From an uncultured bacterium (GTDB lineage: Bacteria; Actinomycetota; Acidimicrobiia; Spongiisociales; UBA5794), in assembly GCA_963801165.1 (NCBI GenBank), contig CAWDDT010000009.1:160001-224000 (forward strand): a stretch of 64,000 nt of DNA, written 5' to 3'. Position 1 is the stretch's first letter. Every line of letters begins with the position of its first letter. The notes below the pieces were generated by a model. It saw only the letters and a program-made list of their open reading frames with translations, had not been told where the DNA came from and made no database searches. A program made the translations under genes and the position numbers. Of the stretch, positions 46,786 through 55,749 are shown piece after piece.

Positions 46786-48192
46786 ATGAACAAGCACAGG
46801 GCTGCTGCCTTCTTCGTCGCATTACAGGTCATTCTCGCGGTCACTATGACTGTTCCGGTGGCCGCTCAGGAAGGCGGGACGAAGGACTGTTCCCAGACCT
46901 CGACGGGCCAGGTTCCCATCATGGACCTCGGAACCGACACGTACCAAGGTCAAGAAGGGGGGCTGTACCCGGGTGGCTCAAACGAGGTTCCCGCCGATCA
47001 CGAAGCGCTCGGTTTGTGGCGTGCCTCCCAGATCGTGCCGAGAGACGCCGCAGGCGACCCCGATCCCGGTGGGACCATCGTTCTCCTCTCGATTGGTGTC
47101 TCCAACACCAGGATGGAGTGGCAGAACCTTCGGCGACAAGCCGTGGATGCCGTTGCCCCGGATGTGACGATTGTCAACGGCTCTCAGCCCGGTGAGGACG
47201 TGAGCACGTGGCAAGACGTGGCGGGTGAACCCTGGATCGGTATCGAGGGTCTGCTGGCCAATAACGATGTCACTCCCGAGCAGGTGCAAGCAGCGTGGAT
47301 CATGCTGCCCGAGTCCGTCGACAGCGTCGCTGAGATCCCGCCGTTTCCCGAGGACGCCCAGACCTACCGTGATGAGCTCGCGGTCGTTGTGCGCAACGCC
47401 ATGGATCATTTTCCCAACCTTCAGGTCGCCTACCTGTCGAGCCGTATGTACGCCGGCTACAACACGACTGGACGGCCCAACCCGGAGCCGCTGGCCTACG
47501 AAGAGGGCTTCGGAGTCAAGTGGCTGATCGGCGATCAGATTGAAGGTGACCTGAGCCTCAATACCGACGAGCGGCGCGGCGAGGTCGAGGCGCCCTGGCT
47601 CGCCTGGGGCCCTTACACGTGGGCTGACGGTATGAGCCCGCGCAGCGACGGGCTGATCTGGGAATGCGACGACGTGCAAGACGACGGCATCCACCCCTCG
47701 CCGAGCGGTGGCGCCAAGATCGGGGCCATGCTGCTCGAGCACTTCACTACTGCGGCGACGGCGGCACCCTGGTTCTCGGGGGTCGGGGAGCCAATCGGTG
47801 CGGTGACGCTACCGCCGGTGGTCCCGGGTGTCACGACGACAACCGCCGAGACGCCGACCACATCGACTACTACTACCACCGCCGCGTCCGACGTCACTAC
47901 CACGACAGAGCGCAGCTTCTCCGGTTCGGATCGCCCCGGCCCGCCCGACCGTACCGACCGTGAGGCGGAGCGTGCCGCCCGGGCCGACGAGCGAACCGCA
48001 TCTCGATCCGACATGAGCTGGTTGGTCGGGACGGTAGCGGCATTGGCTCTGATACTTGCGCTGGTGGCGCTTGTTGGATCCAGAAGGCGGCGTCGCAATA
48101 GGGACGTGGCCTCGGACAGTACCGGCGGTGGCGGCGTGGCGAGCCCGGGCGATGGGCAGGTCGGGCCGACAGGCAGCAGCTACTCACCTTGA
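46786..48192 (+). CDS. Secreted SGNH-like protein with Thr-rich linker and C-terminal TM plus basic tail
   Basis: Signal peptide, 'SIGVSNT', 'SSRMYAGY', 'WGPYTWADG', 'DDGIHP', C-terminal TM then 'SRRRRR'. Confidence 0.75.
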   Translation: MNKHRAAAFFVALQVILAVTMTVPVAAQEGGTKDCSQTSTGQVPIMDLGTDTYQGQEGGLYPGGSNEVPADHEALGLWRASQIVPRDAAGDPDPGGTIVLLSIGVSNTRMEWQNLRRQAVDAVAPDVTIVNGSQPGEDVSTWQDVAGEPWIGIEGLLANNDVTPEQVQAAWIMLPESVDSVAEIPPFPEDAQTYRDELAVVVRNAMDHFPNLQVAYLSSRMYAGYNTTGRPNPEPLAYEEGFGVKWLIGDQIEGDLSLNTDERRGEVEAPWLAWGPYTWADGMSPRSDGLIWECDDVQDDGIHPSPSGGAKIGAMLLEHFTTAATAAPWFSGVGEPIGAVTLPPVVPGVTTTTAETPTTSTTTTTAASDVTTTTERSFSGSDRPGPPDRTDREAERAARADERTASRSDMSWLVGTVAALALILALVALVGSRRRRRNRDVASDSTGGGGVASPGDGQVGPTGSSYSP

Positions 48193-48483
48193 GCCATGGC
48201 TGCCCGGGGAAAGCCATTGACGGAGCCTGGACGACCTGGCACTCTTGCGGCGCACAACTCAGGGAATGGGGGAGGCGGATGCCGTGACAGATGTGATCCT
48301 CCTCGGCAAGGCGCCCTGGTCGGCACTTCGGTGCTGGGGCGGTGGCCGGGATGACCCATCTGCTCGGCGTCGGGGCAAGCTCGATCGCCACGCAACCGCA
48401 CGCGGGAGATCTCGGCTCGATGGTCATCCTCCGGCGAGAGCGGCACGGATCACCCGTGGCGGGCGCACCTCACGCACATTCCG

Positions 48484-48558
48484 ATTGACCCAATCAATAT
48501 TCACCCGATAAACATTCACCCGATAAACATTCACCCGACAAGTATTCACCCAATCAAT
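48484..48558 (+). repeat. Five tandem 15-bp direct repeats immediately upstream of the carrier-protein RBS
   Basis: ATTGACCCAATCAAT / ATTCACCCGATAAAC / ATTCACCCGATAAAC / ATTCACCCGACAAGT / ATTCACCCAATCAAT. Confidence 0.92.
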
Positions 48559-48569
48559 AAGGAGCCATC

Positions 48570-48812
48570 ATGGCCGTTGAAGTCCGTCCGATCATCGCCG
48601 AGTACATAAAGAGCGAGTTCGCCTCCGGGAGCGAAGTCGACGTCGACTCGGTGAACCTATTGGAAGAGGAAATCATCGACTCGCTCGGGATCTTCACGCT
48701 GGTCAGCTTCATCGAGGACAAGTTCGGCGTGTCGGTCGAGCCCGAAGAAGTGAATCTGGACAACTTCGAGACCGTCGACGCTGTTACCAAGCTGGTGGAA
48801 GGAAAGCTCTAG
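48570..48812 (+). CDS. Stand-alone acyl/peptidyl carrier protein (PltL/RedO/DltC-like)
   Basis: 80 aa, acidic, 'LLEEEIIDSLGIFTLVSFIEDKFGV' (Ppant Ser), 'NFETVDAV'; RBS AAGGAG. Confidence 0.92.
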   Translation: MAVEVRPIIAEYIKSEFASGSEVDVDSVNLLEEEIIDSLGIFTLVSFIEDKFGVSVEPEEVNLDNFETVDAVTKLVEGKL

Positions 48813-48974
48813 AAGTGTGCTGGTTGATTCCAGTTCAGGCTTGACGCCCCGGTCGACAACCTCGAGACACCGGGCCGTCTGCGGGGCCTGCGCGGCGATC
48901 AATTACCGCCCCGCCAGCGGCTCGGGATCGTCGTCGCATTTAGCACCCGGCGCGAGCTACCCTCGGTGGCTGTC

Positions 48975-50522
48975 ATGAAAGCCCGTTCCTTCCCACCACG
49001 ACTGAGCCCCCGGCTGTGGGTTGCACTGGTGGTCGTGCTTGCGACGGCGGTGTTTACCCCATTTCCCGGGACGACAACTCGCGCCCATGCCCTCGGCGGT
49101 CTTTGCTCGAACACGTCGACCGGGTTCGTCCCGCTGATCGACGGCATCGGCCTCTACGACGGTGGCAACGACATGCCCGCCTCCCTTGCCGGGCAGGCAC
49201 CCGAGATCAAGCCGATCAACGGCGTTATCGGCCTCGTGGTGCTGGGGATGTCGAACGGGTCTCAAGAATGGGGGGCGTTCATGGACCTGGTTGCTGCTTC
49301 GAGTGGGGTCGCCTCGGACGTCAAGCTCGCCAACGGTGCCATCGGCGGCCAGACCATGGCGGAATGGGCGGTGCCGGGCGCTCAGGTGTGGTCCGACTCC
49401 GCGTCCCGCATCCAGGACGGCGGTCTCGCGCCGAATCAGGTGGAAGTCGCTTGGATGAAGATGGGCTCGCAGCTCGGTCAGCTGGCTCCGACAGAAGGCG
49501 AGCGGACCGAGCAGGAGCGCGCCTGGCTCGAGTCGGTGATCAGCAACGCCCACGACACGTTCCCCAACCTGCAGCGTATCTATATCTCTTCACGGATCTA
49601 CGCCGGCTACGCATCGACGCCCGACCACCACGAGCCGGAGACGGGATGGGGCAACGGTCTCTCGGTCAGAGCGGTCGTGTCCGACTCCGTCGCGGGCAGC
49701 ACCGCGATCTGGACTGCATGGGGCCCGTATCTGTGGGCGGACGGTCTCACCGGGCGGAGCGACGGCCTGACCTGGGAGTGCAGCGACTTCGAGGGGGACG
49801 GCGTGCACCCCGCCGCTTCGGGTGAGCAGAAAGTGGCTTCACATCTGTGGGACTTCTTCGCCGGTGAGCCTTCCGCCTGTGAGTGGTTCCTGAGTGACTC
49901 GTCGCAATGCGGCTCCGTCGGTGGCGGCGATGGTGGTGGTGGTGGTGGTGGCGGCGGCGGCGGCGCAGGTGGTGGAGTCACCGGTCATTTCGACGACGTC
50001 CCGACTGCCAGCACGTTCTTCTCGGACATCGAATGGCTCGCCAAGAGCGGCATCACTGCGGGATGCAACCCACCCGACAACAACCTGTTCTGCCCCGACG
50101 ATCCCGTGACCCGCGGCGAGATGGCGGCGTTCATCGACAGGGCACTTGACCTGCCCGATGGTCCCGATGCCTTCGGTGACGACACGGGATCCGTGTTCGA
50201 AGGTAACATCAACGCCATTGCTCGGGCGGGGATCACAGAGGGTTGTAACCCGCCGCGCAACTCCAACTTCTGTCCCGACGATCCGGTCAGTAGGGGCGAG
50301 ATGGCCGCTTTCCTGGCACGCGCCTTTGATCTGCCACCAGGCCCCGACGTGTTCCGCGACGACGACGCTTCGGTGTTCGAGGCTGACATCGACGCGCTGG
50401 CCGCGTTGGGGATCACCTACGGCTGCAACCCTCCGGCCAACGATCGCTTCTGCCCGACGGCTTCGATCACGAGAGCGGAGATGGCCGCTTTCCTCCACCG
50501 ATCCGAGGCATACCTGCCCTAA
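48975..50522 (+). CDS. Secreted SGNH-like domain + poly-Gly linker + three SLH repeats
   Basis: 'LGMSNG', 'SSRIYAGY', 'WGPYLWADG', 'GDGVHP' (paralog of 46786-48192); three 'GCNPP..N.FCP...TR.EMAAF' repeats. Confidence 0.82.
   Translation: MKARSFPPRLSPRLWVALVVVLATAVFTPFPGTTTRAHALGGLCSNTSTGFVPLIDGIGLYDGGNDMPASLAGQAPEIKPINGVIGLVVLGMSNGSQEWGAFMDLVAASSGVASDVKLANGAIGGQTMAEWAVPGAQVWSDSASRIQDGGLAPNQVEVAWMKMGSQLGQLAPTEGERTEQERAWLESVISNAHDTFPNLQRIYISSRIYAGYASTPDHHEPETGWGNGLSVRAVVSDSVAGSTAIWTAWGPYLWADGLTGRSDGLTWECSDFEGDGVHPAASGEQKVASHLWDFFAGEPSACEWFLSDSSQCGSVGGGDGGGGGGGGGGGAGGGVTGHFDDVPTASTFFSDIEWLAKSGITAGCNPPDNNLFCPDDPVTRGEMAAFIDRALDLPDGPDAFGDDTGSVFEGNINAIARAGITEGCNPPRNSNFCPDDPVSRGEMAAFLARAFDLPPGPDVFRDDDASVFEADIDALAALGITYGCNPPANDRFCPTASITRAEMAAFLHRSEAYLP
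49920..49976 (+). repeat. (GGT/GGC)n run encoding poly-Gly linker
   Basis: GGGDGGGGGGGGGGGAGGG between the catalytic and SLH domains. Confidence 0.8.
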
Positions 50523-50612
50523 CACGGCAGAAACCCTTCCCGGTAGGCCGCGCTTCGTACTACTTTCCAGCGTTAGCGGGGTGGTGTTCAATCTGGGGAA
50601 GGAGGGGCAGCC

Positions 50613-52874
50613 ATGACAAGAAGGCTCCGTTCGGTCACTGTCACCGGGCTATCGCTGGCCGGTATGCTCATCGCCGCCCTCCTCGTGGCAGTGCCGGCTC
50701 CACCCGCTGCCGCGGCGGCAAGTCGGGTACTCCACGACGGTGAGAGCTTTCCCAACGGTTTCACCGTTCCGGCAGGGGAGGTCTGGGAGCTCGATCCCAA
50801 CGCCGACACCAAGGTGACCACGTCCGGCAACGTTGTCGTGCTCGGCACATTGCGGATGCGGCCGAATTCAGCAGACATCGAGCAATTCCTTCAGTTCACC
50901 AATATCGACGAATCGAAATTTGTCGGAGGTGGTTCGAGCCACAACGACACCCCGAACGACATTGGGCTCTGGGTCGAGGACGCAGGCGTTCTCGATATCT
51001 CGGGCACCCCCGTCGTTCCCTGGTCCTACGACTGGCAATCGGGCTGGTCGGCTGCAGATGACATCGTCGCCGCACCGAACACACCGGGCGACTACACGAC
51101 GTTCAGCCAGGTGGACGGACCGGGCGACGTGCCTGCACCGAATACACTCGGCTACAAGACCGAGTTGCTCAACTTGACCAGGAACGTCCGGATCGAAGGT
51201 ACACCCACCGGGCGGGCTCACGTCCTGATCCACTCGTCCTCACCGCAGACCATCCGCTACGCAGCTCTTCGCTATATGGCACCGTGGATCGGTAAACACG
51301 ACTCGGGGCGCTACGGGCTGCATTTCCACCACAACCACGATGGTTCCCGCGGGTCGGTCGTCGAGGGCGTTGTGATCCGCGATACGAACAACCACGCCTT
51401 TGTGGTCCACGCCTCGCACGGGGTGACAGTGACCAACACCATCGCCTACAACGTGACGTCCGAGGCCTACTGGTGGGACGAGTCAACCAGCGAAGCTTGC
51501 GGCGACAACACCGGATGTAACGAGACCTTCGATCTCGTGTACGACCATATCGTCGCCGCCAAGATCACTCCGAACCCGGACCGCCCTCATGAGGCTTCTG
51601 CCATTCAGCTCGGGGGTGGCGAGAACATGACCATCACCGGGGCGGTAGTCGTGGGCATGCTCGACAGCGGCCAGAACGTATCTGCATACACGTGGCCGTC
51701 GAACGACAAGGGGATCTGGAACTTCACCGACAACAAGGCGCACAACAACCAGAGCCACGGGGTCTTCGTGTGGCAGAACTCCGCCGGCGAAGATGACGAG
51801 AACCATCTGGTCGACGGTCTTACCGCCTACTACAACGCCAAATCCGGCATCAACCACGGCGCCTACGGAAACTCCTACGTGTACCGGAATCTGACCCTTC
51901 TCGAGAACGCCCAGGATCCCTCGCTCGGTGAGCAATACGACGCCGCCATCAACTCGCACGCCCTTGGGAAGAAATCCCGAACGACGACGGGCCCGGGCGC
52001 CACCGACACGCAGGAGTGGAGCGGCGTCAACACGGGCGGGGCGAGGCTGCTCATTCTCGGGCACAACACCCCCCTCGAGCACAACGTGCGTTTCATGTTC
52101 TGCGATTTCTCCGAGATCCTGTTCAACGAAGTCGGCGGCAACAACGGTGGCGGCTACGACTTTATCGAGTGTGGCCTCGACCCGACCGACTTCGATCGCA
52201 CCGGCATCCACCCCGACACCGTGATCCGGGTCCAGGACGGTGACAGTGCATACCAATTCGTCGGCACTGGCCCGGTGCAGACCATTTCACCGTTCTATGA
52301 CAACCCGCAGCCGCCCCCTCCTCCTGGTGCGGATCCCGGCTTTATCGATACGAGCGCCTCGGTGTTCCGCGCCGACATCGAGTGGCTGGCTGCCGAGGGG
52401 ATAACTCAAGGGTGCAATCCGCCCGTCAACAATATGTTCTGTCCCGACCAGTTCGTTACACGAAGCCAGATGGCTGCGTTCCTCACCCGGGCTCTCGACC
52501 TTCCCGCGGGTGCCGGCAATCCGTTCATCGACGACGATGGCAGTGTCTTCGAGGGCCCCATCGAGTCACTGCAAGCTGAGGGAATCACTCAGGGCTGCAA
52601 TCCGCCGCTCAACAATATGTTCTGTCCCGGTGATTATGTGACCAGGGGCCAGATGGCGGCGTTCCTGGGACGTGCGCTTGCTCTTCCAGCAGGGTCGGGC
52701 AATCCGTTTGTCGACGACAACGGGAATCTATTCGAGGTTGCGATCGAGTCGCTGGCGGCATCCGGGATAACCCATGGCTGCAACCCGCCGATAAACGACC
52801 GTTTCTGCCCCGACTCGTACGTGACCAGGGGCCAGATGGCGGCATTCCTGCACCGGGCTTCTCTTTACTTCTAG
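50613..52874 (+). CDS. Secreted G8-like/right-handed beta-helix protein with three SLH repeats
   Basis: Signal peptide; 'NLTRNVRIEG', 'GRYGLHFHH', 'HAFVVHASHGVT' (G8/CEMIP-type beta-helix motifs); C-terminal SLH x3. Confidence 0.78.
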   Translation: MTRRLRSVTVTGLSLAGMLIAALLVAVPAPPAAAAASRVLHDGESFPNGFTVPAGEVWELDPNADTKVTTSGNVVVLGTLRMRPNSADIEQFLQFTNIDESKFVGGGSSHNDTPNDIGLWVEDAGVLDISGTPVVPWSYDWQSGWSAADDIVAAPNTPGDYTTFSQVDGPGDVPAPNTLGYKTELLNLTRNVRIEGTPTGRAHVLIHSSSPQTIRYAALRYMAPWIGKHDSGRYGLHFHHNHDGSRGSVVEGVVIRDTNNHAFVVHASHGVTVTNTIAYNVTSEAYWWDESTSEACGDNTGCNETFDLVYDHIVAAKITPNPDRPHEASAIQLGGGENMTITGAVVVGMLDSGQNVSAYTWPSNDKGIWNFTDNKAHNNQSHGVFVWQNSAGEDDENHLVDGLTAYYNAKSGINHGAYGNSYVYRNLTLLENAQDPSLGEQYDAAINSHALGKKSRTTTGPGATDTQEWSGVNTGGARLLILGHNTPLEHNVRFMFCDFSEILFNEVGGNNGGGYDFIECGLDPTDFDRTGIHPDTVIRVQDGDSAYQFVGTGPVQTISPFYDNPQPPPPPGADPGFIDTSASVFRADIEWLAAEGITQGCNPPVNNMFCPDQFVTRSQMAAFLTRALDLPAGAGNPFIDDDGSVFEGPIESLQAEGITQGCNPPLNNMFCPGDYVTRGQMAAFLGRALALPAGSGNPFVDDNGNLFEVAIESLAASGITHGCNPPINDRFCPDSYVTRGQMAAFLHRASLYF

Positions 52875-52896
52875 ATGCCCCCACTGCCGGGACCGG

Positions 52897-54459
52897 TCAC
52901 GCGATGTGCTGCTTGAGCAATGTTTGCCGGTCGATCTTGCCGGTGGAGGTCTTGGGGAGCACCGTTGTGACCAGTATCGCCTCGGGAACCATATATCGCT
53001 GGATCCGTGCTGCACAGAACGAAGTCAACTCCCGTTCCGTGACCTCGCCGGACACGGAGACGTAGGCGACGATCCGGTTCGAGATCATCTCGTCGGGTAT
53101 CGCAAGCGCGGCGGCCTCGACCACCCCCGGATGGGCGTTTAGCGCAGCCTCGATATCGCCGAGCTCGATGCGGTAGCCGCGGCTCTTGATCTGGTTGTCG
53201 CGGCGTCCTAGGAAGCGGTAGTTGCCGTCCGGCATTTCCTCAACGAGATCACCGGTGCGATAAACCGGATCGCCGTGATGGCGGGCGACCGGACTCGTGA
53301 TCAGCCGGGTCCTGGTTCGCTCCGGATCACCCCAATAGCCGGCCATCACGGTCGGGCCTCGTACCAGCAGCTCGCCGACCTCGCCCGGTTGGACGAGGTT
53401 GTCCCCCTCGTCGACTACGAACGTCTCGACATTGGTGATCGCATGACCTATCGAGATGGTTGGCCCGTCCTCGTCCGGTGATTCGGGCACAGAATAGGCA
53501 GTGCACACGTTTGTTTCCGTAGGCCCGTAGAGGTTGGCGAAGGCCACGTGTGGCAGCCGTTTCATGATCCGGGACAAGTACTTGGTGGGGAACACCTCTC
53601 CGGCAAATAGCATCTGCCGGAGACTGGGAAGGTCACCGACCTCGAGACCGCCCTTTTCGATCAGCATGATCAATATCGACGGCACCGAGTACCAGACCGT
53701 GATCTCGTTGGTCGTGATGAACTTGGCGACCTCGGCCGGGAAGAGTGCCGCCTTTGCCGGGACCAAATACACGGGTGCACCCGACAGCGCAGCCGAGTAC
53801 AAATCGAAGGTCGACAGGTCGAAGTGGAACGGCGCATGGCTGGAGATGCGATCCTCGCTCGTGATCGAATATTCGTCGATTGCCCACTCGACGAATGCTC
53901 TGCAGTTGAGATGCGACAGCATGACGCCTTTGGGGTCACCCGTCGATCCGGATGTGTAGAGGATGTAGGCGAGATCCTGGTCGATGATGCCCGGGTCGCG
54001 CGGTATGCCACCGGCCTCGATCCAGCTGGAGCGGTGTATGGATACGCCCGCCGCCGAGGCGGGCGTATCGGTGTCCATTGCCAGGACGTGCTCGACACCG
54101 GCCGTGCCCAGCCCCCCCCAGGCGCCGGCGCGCTTGGCGCCGCTGATGACATGGCGGATCCCGCAATTGTTGGCGATGTACTGGACCCGGGCTTCTGGGG
54201 CCGACGGATCGATCGGTACGTACGCAGCTCCCGCCTTCATAGCGCCGTAGATGCCGATGACACCCTCCGCAGCCTTAGGAAGGTAGATGCCGACGCGGTC
54301 ACCGGGTTGCACGCCCAGCTCGACCAGCCTGGCCGCTACGGCGTCGGACCTCTCGTCAAGCTCACGGTACGTGAGCTGCCGGTCCCGGTCGACGAGTGCG
54401 ATCGAGTCAGGCGCCCGTCGCGCCGAATCGCGTAGGTAGTGATGCAGGAGGTACTTCAT
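52897..54459 (-). CDS. Stand-alone adenylation domain, L-proline:carrier-protein ligase (PltF/RedM/CloN4-like)
   Basis: 'YILYTSGSTGDPKG', 'SHAPFHFDLSTFDLY', 'WYSVP', 'LFAGE', 'NLYGPTETNVC', 'YRTGD', 'PKTSTGKIDR'; pocket read by eye DLFYLALVCK. Confidence 0.87.
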   Translation of the reverse strand: MKYLLHHYLRDSARRAPDSIALVDRDRQLTYRELDERSDAVAARLVELGVQPGDRVGIYLPKAAEGVIGIYGAMKAGAAYVPIDPSAPEARVQYIANNCGIRHVISGAKRAGAWGGLGTAGVEHVLAMDTDTPASAAGVSIHRSSWIEAGGIPRDPGIIDQDLAYILYTSGSTGDPKGVMLSHLNCRAFVEWAIDEYSITSEDRISSHAPFHFDLSTFDLYSAALSGAPVYLVPAKAALFPAEVAKFITTNEITVWYSVPSILIMLIEKGGLEVGDLPSLRQMLFAGEVFPTKYLSRIMKRLPHVAFANLYGPTETNVCTAYSVPESPDEDGPTISIGHAITNVETFVVDEGDNLVQPGEVGELLVRGPTVMAGYWGDPERTRTRLITSPVARHHGDPVYRTGDLVEEMPDGNYRFLGRRDNQIKSRGYRIELGDIEAALNAHPGVVEAAALAIPDEMISNRIVAYVSVSGEVTERELTSFCAARIQRYMVPEAILVTTVLPKTSTGKIDRQTLLKQHIA

Positions 54460-54460
54460 C

Positions 54461-55606
54461 TCATAGTCCCATGTGGCGGGCGATGATGTTCTTCTGGATG
54501 TCGTTTGTGCCCGAGTAGATTCGCCCGGCAATGGCATCCCGGACGTCGCGCTCGACTTCGGTCTCGGTCATGAACCCGAGTGCGCCGTAGATCGACACCG
54601 CATCGAGGCTGGATTGCAGGAACGACTCGCTGAGCTGCTGTTTGACCATGGCGGCGTCGAGTGCCGATGTCTCGCCCTGATCGAGGACCCATCCAAGCCG
54701 GTACAGCAGCAGGCGTGAGGTCTCCAGCCTGATCTTCATGTCCACCAGGCGGTGCGAGACAGCCTGGAACTTGCCGATCGGTTCGCCGAACTGACGTCGC
54801 TCTTTCGCATACGCGACGGCCTTCTCCAACTGGCGCTCCATCGTTCCGACCGCACTGGCGAGGATGCAGCTGCGTTCCCACTCGATGGAGTGGTTGAACA
54901 CCATCATGCCGGATCCGACTCTGCCCAGCAGATTCTCCTTGGGTACCCGGCAGTCGTTGAACGCAAGCTCGGACATGGGTGAGGTCCTGAGCCCCATCTT
55001 CTTGAAGTTGACGCCAACGTCGAGACCGGGCGTCCCCTTCTCAACGATGAAGGCGCACAAGCCGGCCCAACCCTTCGACCTGTCGATGCTGGCGAAGACC
55101 ACGAACAAGTCTGCAACCGGAGCGTTGGTGATGTAGGTCTTCGAGCCGTTGAGCACGTAGACGTCTCCGTCCAGCCGTGCGGTCGTCTTCAAGCTATACG
55201 CGTCGGAGCCCGAGTCCGGCTCGGTCATCCCCTGTACCGAGATCAGCGATCCGTCGTTGAGGCCCGGCAGGTATTTCGCCTTCTGCTCCTCGGTGCCGAA
55301 GCGATGAATCGGCATGGCCCCGGACCAGATGTGGGCGTTGATCGAGAAGATGAGTCCGTTGTCGGCGCAGCCGTAACCCAGACCCTCCATGGCCAGGATG
55401 GTGGTTAACGCGTCCGCTCCCTGACCGCCGTATTCCTCGGGAAATGGAAGACCCTGGATACCAATCTTTGCCGCTTTGACCCACGCTTCCCGAGAGAACT
55501 CGCTTGCCTGGTCGCGGTCGGCGACCCGATCGTTCAGCTCTTTCTGGGCAAACTCGACTACGGCAGCCCGATACGCGAGCTGCTCTTCGGTCCAACGGAA
55601 ATCCAC
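54461..55606 (-). CDS. Acyl-CoA dehydrogenase family, L-prolyl-carrier-protein dehydrogenase (PltE/RedW/CloN3-like)
   Basis: 'DNGLIFSINAHIW', 'MTEPDSGSD', 'GSKTYITNAPVAD', 'KMGLRTSPM', 'SIEWER', 'IYSGTNDIQK'; 1 bp from the A-domain gene. Confidence 0.85.
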   Translation of the reverse strand: MDFRWTEEQLAYRAAVVEFAQKELNDRVADRDQASEFSREAWVKAAKIGIQGLPFPEEYGGQGADALTTILAMEGLGYGCADNGLIFSINAHIWSGAMPIHRFGTEEQKAKYLPGLNDGSLISVQGMTEPDSGSDAYSLKTTARLDGDVYVLNGSKTYITNAPVADLFVVFASIDRSKGWAGLCAFIVEKGTPGLDVGVNFKKMGLRTSPMSELAFNDCRVPKENLLGRVGSGMMVFNHSIEWERSCILASAVGTMERQLEKAVAYAKERRQFGEPIGKFQAVSHRLVDMKIRLETSRLLLYRLGWVLDQGETSALDAAMVKQQLSESFLQSSLDAVSIYGALGFMTETEVERDVRDAIAGRIYSGTNDIQKNIIARHMGL

Positions 55607-55749
55607 TGCGTTTCCCCCTCTCCCGGGTGCGGCGGAAGTGTAACCATGGCTGCCCAGCGCTGGGCATGAAAAAGAATCCCTAGCCCATCGGGTGGTCTGC
55701 GTGCTTGAATTGCCGAGCCAATACGGCCAAACGAGGGGAATGCTTTCAG

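Noticed and set aside
48193-48483. Small ORFs upstream of the repeat array as a RiPP precursor
   Set aside because: No leader/core pattern, no RiPP maturases in the window, and weak start signals
48484-48558. Tandem repeats as a CRISPR array
   Set aside because: Units are 15 bp, directly adjacent, with no unique spacers and no cas genes
48570-54459. A domain + carrier as DltA/DltC for teichoic-acid D-alanylation
   Set aside because: No DltB MBOAT; the pocket residues and adjacent PltE-like dehydrogenase point to proline
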